DNA from: Phoronis australis
Lineage: Eukaryota; Animalia; Phoronida
DNA: 64,000 nt
Direction of reading: 5' to 3'
Assembly: GCA_002633005.1 (NCBI GenBank)
Contig: NMRA01000354.1
Coordinates: forward strand, 62,001 to 126,000
Positions 1-13,807 of the stretch are shown in pieces. A program made the translations under genes and the position numbers. The notes under the pieces were generated by a model. That model did no database searches. It was not told the DNA's origin and saw only the letters and a program-made list of their open reading frames with translations. Position 1 is the first letter of the stretch. Every line of letters begins with the position of its first letter.

Positions 1-147
1 TGTTGACGTCTTCATTTTGACAGCCGAGCTCTCGGGCTACGGAAATTTAGAGCGAAAAATCGTGTTTGTGGAAATTAATTGATCTTTGTGAAAATCTATA
101 GAAAAATAAGATTACGAACACCTGTGTACATATTAAGATTATGTGAT

Positions 148-241
148 CATGGGTGGCGCACCATAGGGGGCTGGGGGGGGGGGAGGGGTGAGAGCTTATA
201 CATGTAGTCCCACACTTTTTTTCAGTGCTGCGCCTCATATG
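148..241 (-). mobile_element. ~90-bp mini-MITE
   Basis: Same family as the two tandem copies at 21859-22016 (GGCGCAGCACTGAAA...CCTATGGTGCGCCACCCATG). Confidence 0.6.
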
Positions 242-2666
242 GTGATCACCGCAGATTTTAAAAATATCTAGTATGTATATAGAATTTGATTTTTAACCTA
301 ATACCTTAATGTAAAAACTACAGATACACCACTAAAATATCTACAACTCTAATAACCATTACCACTGTTTAGAAGACACAGAAGTCACAAAATCTGCATT
401 TGTAAATGCAACCTTCAAACAGCACAATACTAAATACTTGGACAAACATATTCACAATTTAATATCTAGTTTGTTATGCACCTGACAATGTACTGTCTCC
501 TATACTTATACTTTGGGCCTATGGCCATATGTATATATTTCAATAAAGATAACCAAAGTATTGCAAGAGCCATTAAACAAATTCTACATATTTTTCATAG
601 ATGAATGTTTATTAAAATTACTAAATTTACTACAAATGGTACAATCTACACATTGACAGAATTGACAAAATAGCACAATTTAAAACAAGATCGATCCACT
701 GAGTTGAGGTGTGCCCACTGTGTGCATGGCATACAGAACAGATACAAGGCATGATCATTGTGTTAAACATTCCCACTTGAAGCAGCAATGAAAATAACAT
801 TAAACTATCCTCAAGGTCCAAAGAAAGTTAGTAAATCTTTTCTCAACAGCAACAGACGTACCACACTTCATTATCATTCATCAAGCAGTTTGGAGGATAG
901 GGAGACAAATGGCAAAGAAAAGACACATACATAATGACACTAGGGGGTGCAACGAGGTGTTTTTGTTTGTATGCTAGCAACTTAATAGCAAAATGTCATG
1001 AACATCCCATCATACGAACATCCCATCATGGAACTTGGTAGATAACAAGGCAAGCCCAAAGAAAACTAAAATTGCCACTAGGGGACTCTGCAGTAGATGG
1101 GTTTGTCCAAAGATCCACCTCACTGACACTCCTCAACAGAAACACAAATTGGAAGAAGAACCATAAAAGAACTAGGTAAAATAAATCACAGGCCATCAGG
1201 TGGTACTAAAGCAATTGGACCCAGTAAGAACACATATGCCAATTTTCTTAATGATCTATAGATTCGAGTTTGGCAGTTACGGAGGTGGACACCAAAGAGG
1301 AGACTCGAAAAAGATGAGAACAATGCAGAGTGATGAAATGCGCACAGGACAGCAATGCGAACAGTGTGCTTCTAGGGGTGTTTAGTAGGGTCAAAAGATG
1401 GACACTACCTGGCACAAAATACGTCAAATCCATCCCAAAATGGATAGATGCTATCACAACAATTACAGAAACTTGTTTGCCACATTTCAATAAAAACTAT
1501 CAAAGAACTCTCGTAACCATAGTCACATTTATAATGTAAAACTAATTCTTGCGCAATTTCACAAAAATCCTTCAAACGAGTAAGGAGATACAGCCGAGGA
1601 AGCAAGTAAGACAAAAATCACATTCACAAAAACAAACTGGCCAAATTTAACAAAGAGCATGCTAGAGCTTTAGGAGATAGCTACTAGGGGGTGCTACAGC
1701 TGTCAGAGCCACCCAAAAATCAACCTCACCTATGCTCTTTCAAGTAGGAGCCCATATGCCAATTTCCGTAATGATCAGTGGGCACATAAAATACAGGGGT
1801 AATCATCTAATAATCGACCATGTATCAAACTATGGTGAAACCATGACAAAACACATTGCACACAATTCAAGTCAGTAGAGCAGCATTCTCATGTACTCTC
1901 AATCAACATGCTGTACTCTATAGTACATTCTGGTGCACTGTTTCTTAAAAGAATGCACTGAACAGTACAACACATACAGTTCACTCAAGTGCAAAACTGT
2001 TAAACAATGTACAGTTTCACTTTACAATACACTACTTTTCAGAGTACATATTACATCTGGCTACACATTGTACCCTACTTAACATGTCATTCAAGTGGCT
2101 ACATATTGTAACATATAATAACTGCGTCAGCTGAAAGTAACCTCACAGCTACACGTAATTATCGTTTCAACTTCATGACAATGCATATATGACAATATTA
2201 AAACTGCATTGGACTGAGTGACTATACATACGTCAAATATTGCAGAATAATAACCCTTACCTAAAATACTCATACTTTATATCAACAGCAAAGTGTGCGT
2301 GAGATTTTACTGGAAAACACTACACATTTTTTAAACGGTGTCAAATGAAGCATTCATTGCATCCAACAGGTAAATTAAGGCACAAAGACAGTCATTTTAA
2401 AGGACGTGCGATGAAATTTTCCACAACATTCCCAGCAAATAAGGTGTTGTTTCCCAATTCCTCATCAGTATCTGGTCATTTCTTCAGTAAAACGATGCTG
2501 TTCCAAACTTTTGCTCAGGAACAGGCTTTGTAGAACTTGCTATGTCATTGCGCTTGATAACTGTCTCCTTAAAAGTCAGAGAAGGCTCATTCTTGCACTT
2601 TTCAATAACCAGCGCAATAGACAATAAAAATGAGAATCTGAACAGACTTAGTAGGTCATCCAAAGA

Positions 2667-3166
2667 CTATTTTGTTTTAGTGTGCTTTGCCCGTTTTCGC
2701 TGTGATGGTCCCTCGTGAGCATCACTACAATCGTCCTCTCCTTTTAACCTTGTTTTCGACGATTTCTTAATAGTAGTCTTTTCGGCTGCAGTTCCAGATG
2801 ACGGGCTCCGACTCTCTGCTTTGTACGTCTGCACCTCCTGCACAAGCGCGTTGAACTTCCTGTCCTGCTCGGCAAACTGCCGTCCGTGCTGCTCCAGTTT
2901 GGAATTGCACTCGGCGATCTGTCTCTGTTGATCCTCCATCTTGGCTTTGCATGACTTGAGCTCTTTTCGCAGGTGATTAATCATGATGTTACTGGAACGC
3001 ACACGATTCCGTAGGTTGGTGATCTTGTTAGAATAATGCGACAGCGAACTTGCCGCCGGCGAATAGGGTACGGGGTGCTGATGTAGCACCACCTTGGATG
3101 ACGTCGACGGCTGCGGTGTGTCGCATGCCACTGGCAGGCTGAACTGAATCGTCTTGGTAGGTGGAG
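2667..3166 (-). CDS. FBXO28: FBXO28 terminal coding exon
   Basis: ttag acceptor, phase matches exon 3. Contains coiled coil (LRKELKSCKAKMEDQQRQIAE) and NLS-like RKRAKH, then TAG. Confidence 0.88.
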
Positions 3167-6100
3167 CTAAGGACAAAGATGGAGAAAGTATAGTAAAATC
3201 TAACCAATTTAGCACAAACATGGCCGAATGGGGAAATTTTACTTTCTCAATTTCTCTATGAAGATACGGAGCACCAATTAGTTGTTTTCCATGTGCAACT
3301 CCTGCACCACAGCTAACACCTGATAATGATTTAAGAAGTTGTGGGCAACCAAAGCAATGTTTAGAAGCCTTTAAAAACTGAAAAAGGGCGACATGAACAA
3401 TTACTTTTGTCCGAAATTTCACAAGATTTCTTAGGATGTTACTGGTAAAAACTAGTACAAGTCGGATCTAAGTGGCTTGACAGACTTTATCCGAGTAACA
3501 GCCAAACGACTGCGCCCCTGACTTTCTCAGTGTTATGCGAAGATCCAATTCGAATGTGTCTACCAAGTTCCAATTATTGCAACTGGTATGCTGCATAATT
3601 TAGCACCATACACAAAGGTACACAAGATATCTAAAAAATTCAACGTAAAATTTGAGACTAAACGCAGCAGGTCTCCATGTTTCAGCCACTGACTGTTAGA
3701 CTAAATGCAGCAGGTCTCCATGTTTCAGTCACTGACTGTTAGACAAAAGCTAGTGCAGTATTTGTAAGCATTTGGAAAGAAGGAATCATTCTTTGCTCTC
3801 CTTTGAATCACAACAACTACCATTTCCACTTCATCGATTAAGATGTCAAGTGATGACGTATCTGCCACCATTATGACTCGATTGGAACCCACAAATAGGA
3901 ATAGAAATGCAGTCATACAACATTATTACTAACTTTGGGATTTTCTCCAATTCAGGCAATGATGGAGGCAATTTAGAACTTGAAATTTTAACAAACTATG
4001 TATTTGGATTCATTGGCATGCTCCAACAAGGATTGTGTCCGTTGTATGTTTAACGGGAGCTAAGAAGGATTAATATTGACAACCTCCATAGTCAACTAAT
4101 GATTTTTAAAAGTGCTTAATAGTAATTTACAGCTCTATGTAAATCTGGCCCAAATACTATAATCGTTTTTAATTTCGGCATTTTAATATTATTTGACCTG
4201 GACCCAAACGTCAAAATAACGTCATACTACACAAGCGAATCCAACAGAATAACCCGACAGAAATCTTTCACAGCAAAAAGAATTGCAACTGAAATGAACC
4301 AGCCAACAGACTGCTCTACGCAAATTTGACCTGCGGCACAAATCACAAGCAAAAAGGGCTCTGGATACGAGTTTAGCGAATAAGGTGGCTAAAATTCAAA
4401 TGCATGCCATACATCCAAACGAATCGTGATCTTTAATCTGGGCAAAAAAATCTCCAAAGCTGCGTTCATGCATTCTCTAATCATGCATCCTATTTGTCTG
4501 GGAATGGGAATTCAATTTATCAGCAATTATTATTAGAGAATCAAGGACACGCGGCTTTGGAGAACTTTGTACTCTGATCGAAGATACGTTTTGATGTGCA
4601 AAACACAAAAAAATCGGTTTAATTTCAAATTTAATCGTCATCTTAATTGCCAAACTCGTGTCCACCATCTTCAACTAACTTACTGGGTAAGCTATTAGTG
4701 ATGTCCTGCATTTCCGACAGGTTTGAGAAGTAGTTAATCTCGGGCAGGTTTCCCTCAATGTGCTCTTTAAAGAACTCCAACGCCATGGTAGACAGGTCAA
4801 ACAGCTCATCGGTTACTTTGTACGCTCTGGCTGGCGACTCCGTGGTCTTAATATAGCGCAGGATTCTGTAGATCTCGTCTAAAACCTATACAAAGACGAC
4901 AGACACCGTACACCAGCTGGAAACTAATTATCACACACACAATCTCCATTACGTTTAATTAAACTTGTTGCTTTTGGCCTATTTGACAGAATTTTTAATA
5001 CTTCAAACCATGAATTTAGACAGTCCAAGTAAATGTTCATACCAACACTGCAGTATTGGTGAAATCCTACCTCTCCAGGAAAGAAGCAGCAATGCTTCCG
5101 CTCTATGTGTTTGCCAAACGTCATCTGAAGCAAGGTCAACCTCATGTGTAGCGTCTCCACTATGTCGCACTCTCGAGCCAGTGGGTGCTTCCGGCGAAGC
5201 GACTCCCGTCTCGGCATCTTGTTTTTGATTAGCTGAAATCGCTGCAGCATACGGTTTTGTAGCTTGAAGAATGTCTTGTTGAGAATGTGTTGGCAGATTT
5301 GGTCAAACCTCTTGCACACCTAGAACAATGCAATTGGTGTACCATGAGTAGAATGGGTTGTAGGCCTACACATGGGCGCACCCAGGGGGCTCTAGGAGCT
5401 TGAACAAGCCCCCCCCAGTGGGCAAAAAGGTCCACTTCAGAGAAACAAAAACTTCGAAAAAAAAGTTGAAAACGAGACAAAAGTCAGGAACTGCCAAAAT
5501 TTGGCAACTACACAATTCATAGCTTTAAACGTACCCCGTGAATCTTAGTAAAAGGTCCATATTCTCAAAAATTTAAGCCCCACATATTTAGGCTGGGTGC
5601 GCGCATGTTACAACGAAGGCATTATAAGCACAGCATATACAGATTGGTTGACTGTATACAAAAATGCCAGTTTACAACAAACAAACAACGGAACTGTTGT
5701 CAGACATGTTACCAAGGTGGAGACAATTCAGCATTCAAGCACATACACATATTGCTATGGCCTCTGTTGCATGGCCAGCCTGTGCTGACTGATGTGGAAG
5801 GACTCTTCAAGCAGTGCTGCATGCCATCATACTTACATGGACTCATGACTGTTTGGTCAGAGTAGTTACCATAGTCATACTGGTTAATTTGGCTTTTAAA
5901 AAAAATCTTAAGGAGTGGAGTTGGACATTGACCTGCACAAACCAATACGAGACAAATTTTGTTGAACACGGCATCAACTGATACCTGATGCGAGACCAGC
6001 CTGCCACCGATAAGAGCAATTCTTACTGTATTGCATACATTCTTGTTATGTGATTTGAATATGAAGCTTGTAATATTAACTTTTTGTGTTTTCCTCAGAC

Positions 6101-6809
6101 ATGAGCCTGGGACATCTTTTACATCAATTGATGTCTGACGCGAAATCAGCCTGCCGCCCATTAGAGCGATTATATAAGGACATTAACTACAAATGGAACA
6201 TGGTGTCCAACAAAACCTGTCTCAAGGAAAATTTGCTGCCAAGATACTTCAAACTGATCAGAGTTAACGTCAATACTGATGCATGCTGAAATTCTCTGTA
6301 CATGGATGTTCACAAGAAGATTGACTAAAGACACGAACGCACACAATGGGAGGGTGGGGTTATCGAGCATAAGCGTTTTAAAAGTGAAAGTTCAAGGAAG
6401 AGCAGAAGTCGAACCTGTGCATTAACCCAAATGGCATAATGACATTGCACGATGAGTTGGTCCACTGAATCATTTAATCAACCTAAGTGGCTAACAGCAA
6501 AAATGTGCCACTGCGGTGAAAAAAATCCACAGCAAGCTGGACAGAATAACAAGACTTCACGATATAAATCGGTTTTAAAAATTTCAAATGAGGCATTGCT
6601 AATACTTCCACAACATTAATGCACAATATCAGGGCAAAAAAAATTGCATTACTTACAAGCCTACTTTTAGACACCTCACTAAATGTAAGACAGCGTAGCA
6701 TATATTCCAACACCTCCTCAGGCAAACTGAGAAGGTCAGTGGGTGGAACTACCACTGTTTCGATATCAGTTTCGTCGCATGTTTCCTTACTTGTACTTGG
6801 CTCCTCCAT
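2667..6809 (-). CDS. FBXO28: F-box only protein 28, complete spliced CDS join(6809-6657, 5319-5071, 4885-4684, 3166-2667), 1104 nt, 367 aa
   Basis: F-box LLSLPEEVLEYMLRCLTFSEVSKSRLVCKRF, then the FBXO28-specific block KMPRRESLRRKHPLARECDIVETLHMRLTLLQMTFGKHIERKHCCFFPGEVLDEIYRILRYI, a coiled coil and a basic C-terminus. All introns are GT-AG with compatible phases (0,0,1). Confidence 0.95.
3656..3744 (+). repeat. 43-bp tandem duplication
   Basis: GACTAAAyGCAGCAGGTCTCCATGTTTCAGyCACTGACTGTTA x2. Confidence 0.9.
4684..4885 (-). CDS. FBXO28: FBXO28 coding exon 3
   Basis: tatag|VLDEIYRILRYIKTTESPARAYKVTDELFDLSTMALEFFKEHIE...SLP|gtaagt, 202 nt. Not in the ORF track. Confidence 0.93.
5071..5319 (-). 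CDS. FBXO28: FBXO28 coding exon 2
   Basis: ctag|VCKRFDQICQ...HCCFFPGE|gtagga, 249 nt. Confidence 0.95.
5371..5607. mobile_element. MITE with CATG(G/C)GCGCACCCAG TIRs
   Basis: 15-bp TIR with 1 mismatch; no clear TSD. Confidence 0.6.
6657..6809 (-). CDS. FBXO28: FBXO28 coding exon 1 (start and F-box)
   Basis: MEEPSTSKE...LLSLPEEVLEYMLRCLTFSEVSKSRL followed by donor GTAAGT. An acceptor AG lies 7 nt upstream of the ATG with an in-frame TGA in between. Confidence 0.9.
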
Positions 6810-8281
6810 GACTCATCTGTAATGACAAGCATAGTCCATCTCTTAGTACATGTGTACGGATGGAGGAGACTTCTACTGTTTCACTAAATAATTCCAGACA
6901 AACACAACATTCTACTTTCGCGTTTTGTAGCAACTGACATAAGGTGTGAGACGCCCGATGATGGATTAGATAACAGAGTTCTCCACAATAAAAAATTCAA
7001 ACTTGACTTGAATTACAAAATTGTTGTGCACATTCAAAACTTCATGTTTCTACTGCGGGGAGTTTGTGGGTCTTGAAATAAATGTATTGAACTGGTAACA
7101 AAAGTCCAAAATGTCATGATTTGGTTAAGAAATGACTCACTCAAATGTCCCAATCCTTCAAACATTTTTTCAGATATTATCATCGTTGACAAACAAACAA
7201 GTACATCCATCCATTCATCCATGCACACCTCATGAGAGACCATTCTCATATCTCAATCTCCTGTAATAACAACTCCTATATGGAGTTAACGTGAATAATG
7301 AAATTGACCAATTTCCCAGAGAAGCTGTCAAGTACAAATTTTTATATGCAACTAATTTTTTAGCATAAAAGTTCTCATAGGTATATGTAACAAACTTGTG
7401 AATATTAGGTATATTTTGTGACATCCTTCAAACTTTTTGCATAGGTTTTCAAACTGTGCAAGTAAGCCAAACTTGTCACACAACATCCAAACTCAATTGC
7501 AGTGAAGAGTCAAAACAGGTTGTGAACAACACTATCTATGTGCTGTAATTCAAACTACGTCTGCATTAACTGTGATTGTTAGCACGCACGTAAAATCAAA
7601 GAATCTATCAAAATCAGAATAAAGAACCCTCTTTTGAATTGAGACTGTGGTGTTCAGTTACTCCCCCTCCGCAGTGACATCCTTATCAAGCATACGCCAT
7701 GAAATACTCTAGATACTCTAGTCATTGACTACGGCCTGGCGGACCAGGCCGAAACATCTGCTACCATCTGTCAATAGTAATCTCTCAGGAGGTCCTTTCA
7801 CTATATTTACCAAAAAGACATGATCAAGTGACCTAATTAATAGCAGATATTTTTAGAAAGTCAAAAAAAATATATATAGAAGCTCTTTTCTACTCTCAGA
7901 AAATGCATACTTTTACCAAAATAAAATCACAAAAGTCCTATTAGTGATAGTCCCTCATGTAACAGTGGAAACTTTTAACAATTCCTCACACCGTTTTGGA
8001 AAACACAGTATAAAGCGTAGTATCTCAAAGTTTGATATGAATCTGATCAGCCATTTTGGGAGATACAATGATTGCCAAAAATGGTCATTTTTCGAGGGTA
8101 ATACATTTATAACCTTAAACTTGTTCCTTAAGCGATTTGATTTCAAGGCACGAGAAAAACTGAAGTTGTTATTGGTTGAAACTAGATGCAAATTGTCTTG
8201 TCACGGTATGTAATTTTAAAGCAGGATTTTTTTTGTACTGAGCATAATGTCCAGGAACAGCAAACTGTCAGTTTTTTGTAA

Positions 8282-8527
8282 CAGGGCTTGGAATGACCAA
8301 TGAGTACAAGAGGAAAATTTTGCAGATGATGTATTGTTCCACAATAAATAGGATTGTGTGATAGAAATAATTTATGTGACGTAAAATTTAATTGAAATAA
8401 ATATTTTGCATAAATAAAGTCAAAATAATGAAAAGATACCAAAAAAGAGGAAACTAGAAACTAAACAAGAGGAAGTCGAAACGAAAAAAAGAGGAAATCC
8501 TCTTAAAGAGGAAAATTCGAAGCCCTG
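8282..8527. mobile_element. hAT-like MITE (CAGGGCTT.GAAT termini)
   Basis: TIR CAGGGCTTGGAAT / ATTCGAAGCCCTG with internal AAGAGGAA repeats. A related copy lies inverted at ~59780-59986. Confidence 0.65.
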
Positions 8528-9223
8528 TTGAAAATCCAGAAGTCACAAGCGAACTGAGCAAGGAACAAAATGAAGCCAAGTCTATATCAGGAAGTGATCA
8601 AAATCAAAATCAAAAGCCTGTTTCTTGGACGAAACCGGGTTTATCTCCGGTTTAACAACTTCGATTCACAAATAGAGAATACAATCAAATCTCAAAATAA
8701 ATTATTTGATTTTATGCCAAGTATAAACACGGACTGGAATGCTATTAAGAAGTAAGCAGATTTAAAAAGACAAGTTTAAACTACCCATCAAAGTAAGTGT
8801 TTTAGCTCTAATTTCTAAGAAATTGAGAACATATATGGGTAAATAAAACAACAATAATGGATCAACTGAAATTTTCAGATATAACATCCTTTGTCAACAG
8901 AAACAGAACTAAAATACAATCAAACACGATATGACAAATGATATCTGATATTTGGCATAATGAACATAATAGATTGTTACAGAAAAAAAGTAAAGGAAAT
9001 GATTTAAGAAATCTTTATGTTCAATCCATTAGGTTCAAGTGTGTTAAGCTTACCTATCCAAAATTGTTCTCTTTTTGAGTCTGTGAGAAGTACTGGGGGT
9101 ATTGGAGTTTCTCTATTATTTGCACAGAAAGATCTTGTAGATTATGGTTTTTTAACTGAAATGATTGCCTAATTCACGCAGCGGACATTAAACTCCAAAG
9201 CGAGGCTCACTGCAATAAACAAA

Positions 9224-11309
9224 GCCGAAGTTGACATTGCGTGAGTTAAATGGCCGGGCTTTCCAGTCCAACCTGGATACTTAATCTTAAAAATGTGACG
9301 ATAATTAACCACAGACACTTGGAAAAATACATTAGAGAGCAAGTCAATAAACTAAAGAGTTGTCTGACGAAAGGGTATAAGATTTTTTTTGGAAAACTAG
9401 GTTCGAAACATAAAAAGTAAATATGACCAAATTGCGGTGATCGTAATGTTACAGATTAGGTATTATGGTGAATGCAGGGTTACGTTTCTTCTTGTAAATT
9501 TTTGATAATGCTTTCTACACCAACCAGGTCATTTGCTTGTTTTGTTGACGAGTTGAAGATATATTCAACAGTGGTGGCTCATCACATTTTGCTGTGATGT
9601 GCAATTAGTCACATCTGGTTTAATTCGTTGATCAAGGATAGCCTAGGTCCTGTTGATTTGTTATTGATTTGTAATTGATGTTGCTAAATATATTTTCTAT
9701 TAAAATAAATAACCAGGCTTCCAATTGAAAATAAAAATTATTTGACCATCAATTCTGTTTTCTTGGTTTTAATAGTTCTTACGTCTATTTCATGTGTTAG
9801 GTTTCAAATATCAATCCGGACCAAGTTGAATTTTAAACTTAAAACACCTAATTCGTTCGTCCAAAGCATAACCTCGTTTTAGAGCTCAATTTCAGTTAAC
9901 TGGACAGAGCAAGCTTTTCTTCAGGGGCCTCGTTCATCCGAGGCCAAGGGAAAGGTGCCTGTGCCTTCTGAGAGGGGAATTTTTTCGCCGAGTGAGGGGA
10001 AAAATCTACATCCCTATCACCATCAATAGCACCCCCCCGCCCTGCTGTAAGTTCTCATAGGCTCTGTCCCAAGTAGCATTTTGTGCTCTTTCAAATTGTC
10101 ACCTGTGTGGTTATTAGGTGATTTGAACTTCGAAGAGAAATTTTCAATCAATGGGGAAATTTTTAGGCCTTGAGGGGAGAATTTCGCGTGATTTTTCAAA
10201 ATTTTTGAGAGGGGAATAAGGCCGATATTCGGCTCCAAAATCGAGGGATTGAGGGCCCTGTCACGTNGCCGAAGTTGACATTGCGTGAGTTAAATGGCCG
10301 GGCTTTCCAGTCCAACCTGGATACTTAATCTTAAAAATGTGTCGATAATTAACAACAGAGACTTGGAAAAATACATTAGAGAACAAGTCAATGCACTAAA
10401 GAGCTGTCTGACTAAAGGGTATAAGTTTTTTTTGGAAAATTAGGTTCGAAACATAAAAAGTAAATATGACCAAATTGCGGCGATCATACTGTTACGGATT
10501 AGGTATTAATGTGAATGCAGGGTTACGTTTCTTCTTGTAAATTGTTGATAATGCTTTCTACACGAACCAGGTCATTTGCTTGTTTTGTTGACGAGTTGAA
10601 GATATATTCAACAGTGGTGGCTCATCACATTTTGCTGTGATGTGCAATTAGTCACATCTGGTTTAATTCGTTGATCAAGCATAGCCTAGGTCCTGTTGAT
10701 TTGTTATTGATTTGTAATTGATGTTGCTAAATATATTTTCTATTAAAATAAATAACCAGGCTTGCAATTGAAAATAAAAATTATTTGACCATCAATTCTG
10801 TTTTCTTGGTTTTAATAGTTCTTACGTCTATTTCATGTGTTAGGTTTCAAATATCAATCTGGACCAAGTTGAATTTTAAACTTAAAACACCTAATTCGTT
10901 CGTCCAAAGCATAACCTCGTTTTAGAGCTCAATTTCAGTTAACTGGACAGAGCAAGCTTTTCTTCAGGGGCCTCGTTCATCCGAGGCCAAGGGAAAGGTG
11001 CCTGTGCCTTCTGAGAGGGGAATTTTTTCGCCGAGTGAGGGGAAAAATCTACATCCCTATCACCATCAATAGCACCCCCCCGCCCTGCTGTAAGTTCTCA
11101 TAGGCTCTGTCCCAAGTAGCATTTTGTGCTCTTTCAAATTGTCACCTGTGTGGTTATTAGGTGATTTGAACTTCGAAGAGAAATTTTCAATCAATGGGGA
11201 AATTTTTAGGCCTTGAGGGGAGAATTTCGCGTGATTTTTCAAAATTTTTGAGAGGGGAATAAGGCCGATATTCGGCTCCAAAATCGAGGGATTGAGGGCC
11301 CTGTCACGT
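9224..11309 (+). repeat. ~1.04-kb tandem duplication around n10267 (probable uncollapsed haplotypes)
   Basis: 9224-10266 and 10268-11309 differ only by scattered substitutions and an indel. The ORF track shows duplicate 71-aa ORFs. Confidence 0.9.
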
Positions 11310-12888
11310 ATGAAAAGAAAAATGCATCATGCTTCATCCCGTAGTCACGAAAACACAACCTGGCTGGCCGAAGATTCTCCGGCTGTTGCTATGATGCTCG
11401 GCAACCGAAATGCGACAAAATGTGATCTAACTTTACGAAAACATTTATAAATTTTACACGGACATATGTTCCTTCGTCGCGGCGTATGGCAACGACCCAA
11501 CGGTTCCGAACCTATGATTCTCAATGCCCTTAAGGATTGTAAAATAGACAGATGAATGTCCATATTTTTTCTAGCCGTTCGTGCAACGCGGAATACAACC
11601 GTATGCCGATAAGCCAACAGACAGCTATCATAGCGAGCCTCGTTTTGGAATGCGCCTCCTGTCGGCGTGAATTCGGACTATAGTATCAGAAATGTTTTTA
11701 TGTATTATGTTAAATCTATGATTGGAAACCAAGTTTGTAGATTATGTTGAGTTTGTCCTACATATTGAATGGAACATTTTCTACTTGTTATAATAGGTAA
11801 ATGAAATTGTTGGTGGTGCAGTCAGAATGTTTGATTTCAAAGTTTTCATTGGTTTGAGAAGACTGGAAGAAAGTATTGTCTTTGATAAAGTTACACACTG
11901 AAAAAATGAATAAATGCAATACAAACACGTACATGTTCAGTAGCAAATTTCTGACAATGTTACATGTAAGGCATTTTTGTTCACAAATTGATAGAAACTG
12001 AGAAAATTAGAAAAAAAGTCTCAAAACAAAAAAGTGGTTCACGGTTTCAGAAAGACAGCATTAATTCGAAACAGTCAAGGTACATTTCATTCTCTTTTAA
12101 CTACCAAAACACTCAAATCAGAAATGAATTCAAAATCTTAGCAAAGTGTTCCTTGCCAGGATAGCAACTGGTTCTTGATGTAAAACGCAACTGAAGGGGC
12201 GGCTGCCATTGACTTGGGTCAGCCTAGGCAAGATGTAGCCCCTCGGTTGGCAGGTTAGGGTCTACTAGTACAATACTTCCTATCGCTTTCTGTACTAATT
12301 TCGTCCCATGTATTTTAAACGGGTGGTAGGCGAAATCCGCTCACCAATGAAGAGTTTTCACCTCACCAGAAACACATTCTCTACTTAAAATTATCTCTTA
12401 AAATAGCGCTTACTTTCTTTAGTGATCCTTTCTGCTTCTACACATATCTTTGATGAAGCAGTTACGAGAATTAAGTGACTTTGGCAAAGAATTCCAACTC
12501 CACTTTTTGGTCAACATTAACTTTTTCACCGCGTGCCATAACAAAGTATTTATCAACTGAGTCACGTGAGTGAGGCAAAGGCTAGTGTGAGACTGAGAGC
12601 GAGCGCTTGACCTGGGGCATGACAAAACAGCATGGGAAGATATCAGGTGAAGTTTATAAGATTCTTCTTCTTAGTGACCACACTCTCTCCAGAGTATTAT
12701 GTCACTGTATAACAATGAAGATTAACAAAAACCAGAAAAACTATAACAGGTTTAAAACGATATATAAACATAGTGGACGTCACTTCAGAGGTCGGTTAAC
12801 ATAGCTAGATCGTTAACAGATAAGGCAGTCAGTAAGTGGATGGCCCAAATGGAGGCACGTCCCCACTATGTAACTTCAGAAAGGCACG

Positions 12889-13340
12889 TCATAGCTTGTT
12901 GACAAAGATGTCAAGAGAAGGGACTGATGTAATGCAGCCCGGCAAGCCATTCCAGTACGCGACTGTTCTCGAAAAGAATGAAGATTTGTGTCCCTTGGAC
13001 TTTTTGTTCGTCAACAGGCGTCTACTTGGACCATACGTGGTACCGTTACTGACTGTTTAAGAAAAGGCCTGCCGACATTTTGTGCATGTCTTGCAAAATA
13101 ACGTGACAATGTTAAATAATTAAAGTTTTAAGAACGAGCCTCCAAGAGATTTAAACGACGGAAATAATGAGAACAATTGGGACAAATGTTATGGTTGGTT
13201 GAGGATGAGAAATTACCTATTCTTGTCAAAACCTCCGCAAACAGAATTAGCGCTCACGAGAAAAACGACGTCTTGTTATTATCCGGGCACTAATGTAGAG
13301 TCTCTTGCAGTAGTCGTTCATTCTGTCTCTATTCTCTGAT
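12889..13340 (-). mobile_element. CR1/L2-group LINE ORF2 C-terminal fragment
   Basis: Minus-strand translation SSFFSRTVAYWNGLPGCITSVPSLDIFVNKL* (FxxRxxxxWNxLP hallmark), plus an upstream degenerate DYCKRL..RRR motif. Confidence 0.75.
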
Positions 13341-13807
13341 CAAGTCCTGTTAGTTGTAATATTAAAAGTGTTTTTATTTTGAATATTTCAATTGACACAT
13401 ATAACTGTTTAAATGAATATAATTAACATGCAAATGAAATAACCAAAGTTGTCGTAAAAATCATGTGACAGGTTTCAACTTAATGAGCGACTAATCGGAT
13501 CCATTTGTCAATATTTTGTAATTTTATTTGAGGGTGATGACAGCATTGTTAAGCACATGGTATTGTGCTGTGATAACTTTGTGAAATGCTATCTCAGCTT
13601 TATTACAAAGAATGACGATTAATCGCTATCTAAACAATAAAATTAAAATTCAAGAGGAATTGAGCTGAAAGCGAGGCTTTGACCTCCAAAATAGGTTACC
13701 TACTGTTGGCTATGACCTGCCGTGTGATGTTTTGAAGAAAACTGGGCGACTGGTGATTGGCATGGGTTTTTCGGTTTAGACAAATTTTGAAAGGGACCGT
13801 GTGTGCA

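Noticed and set aside
608-613. AATAAA on the minus strand as the FBXO28 poly(A) signal
   Set aside because: Plausible for a ~2-kb 3'UTR, but the hexamer is common in AT-rich DNA and there is no transcript evidence.
3167-3422. N-terminal part of the 251-aa ORF 2667..3422
   Set aside because: Intronic read-through upstream of the acceptor at 3167-3168; only 3166-2667 is FBXO28 coding.
10023-11281. Duplicated 71-aa ORFs
   Set aside because: By-product of the 1-kb duplication, with a non-ATG start in repeat-like sequence.
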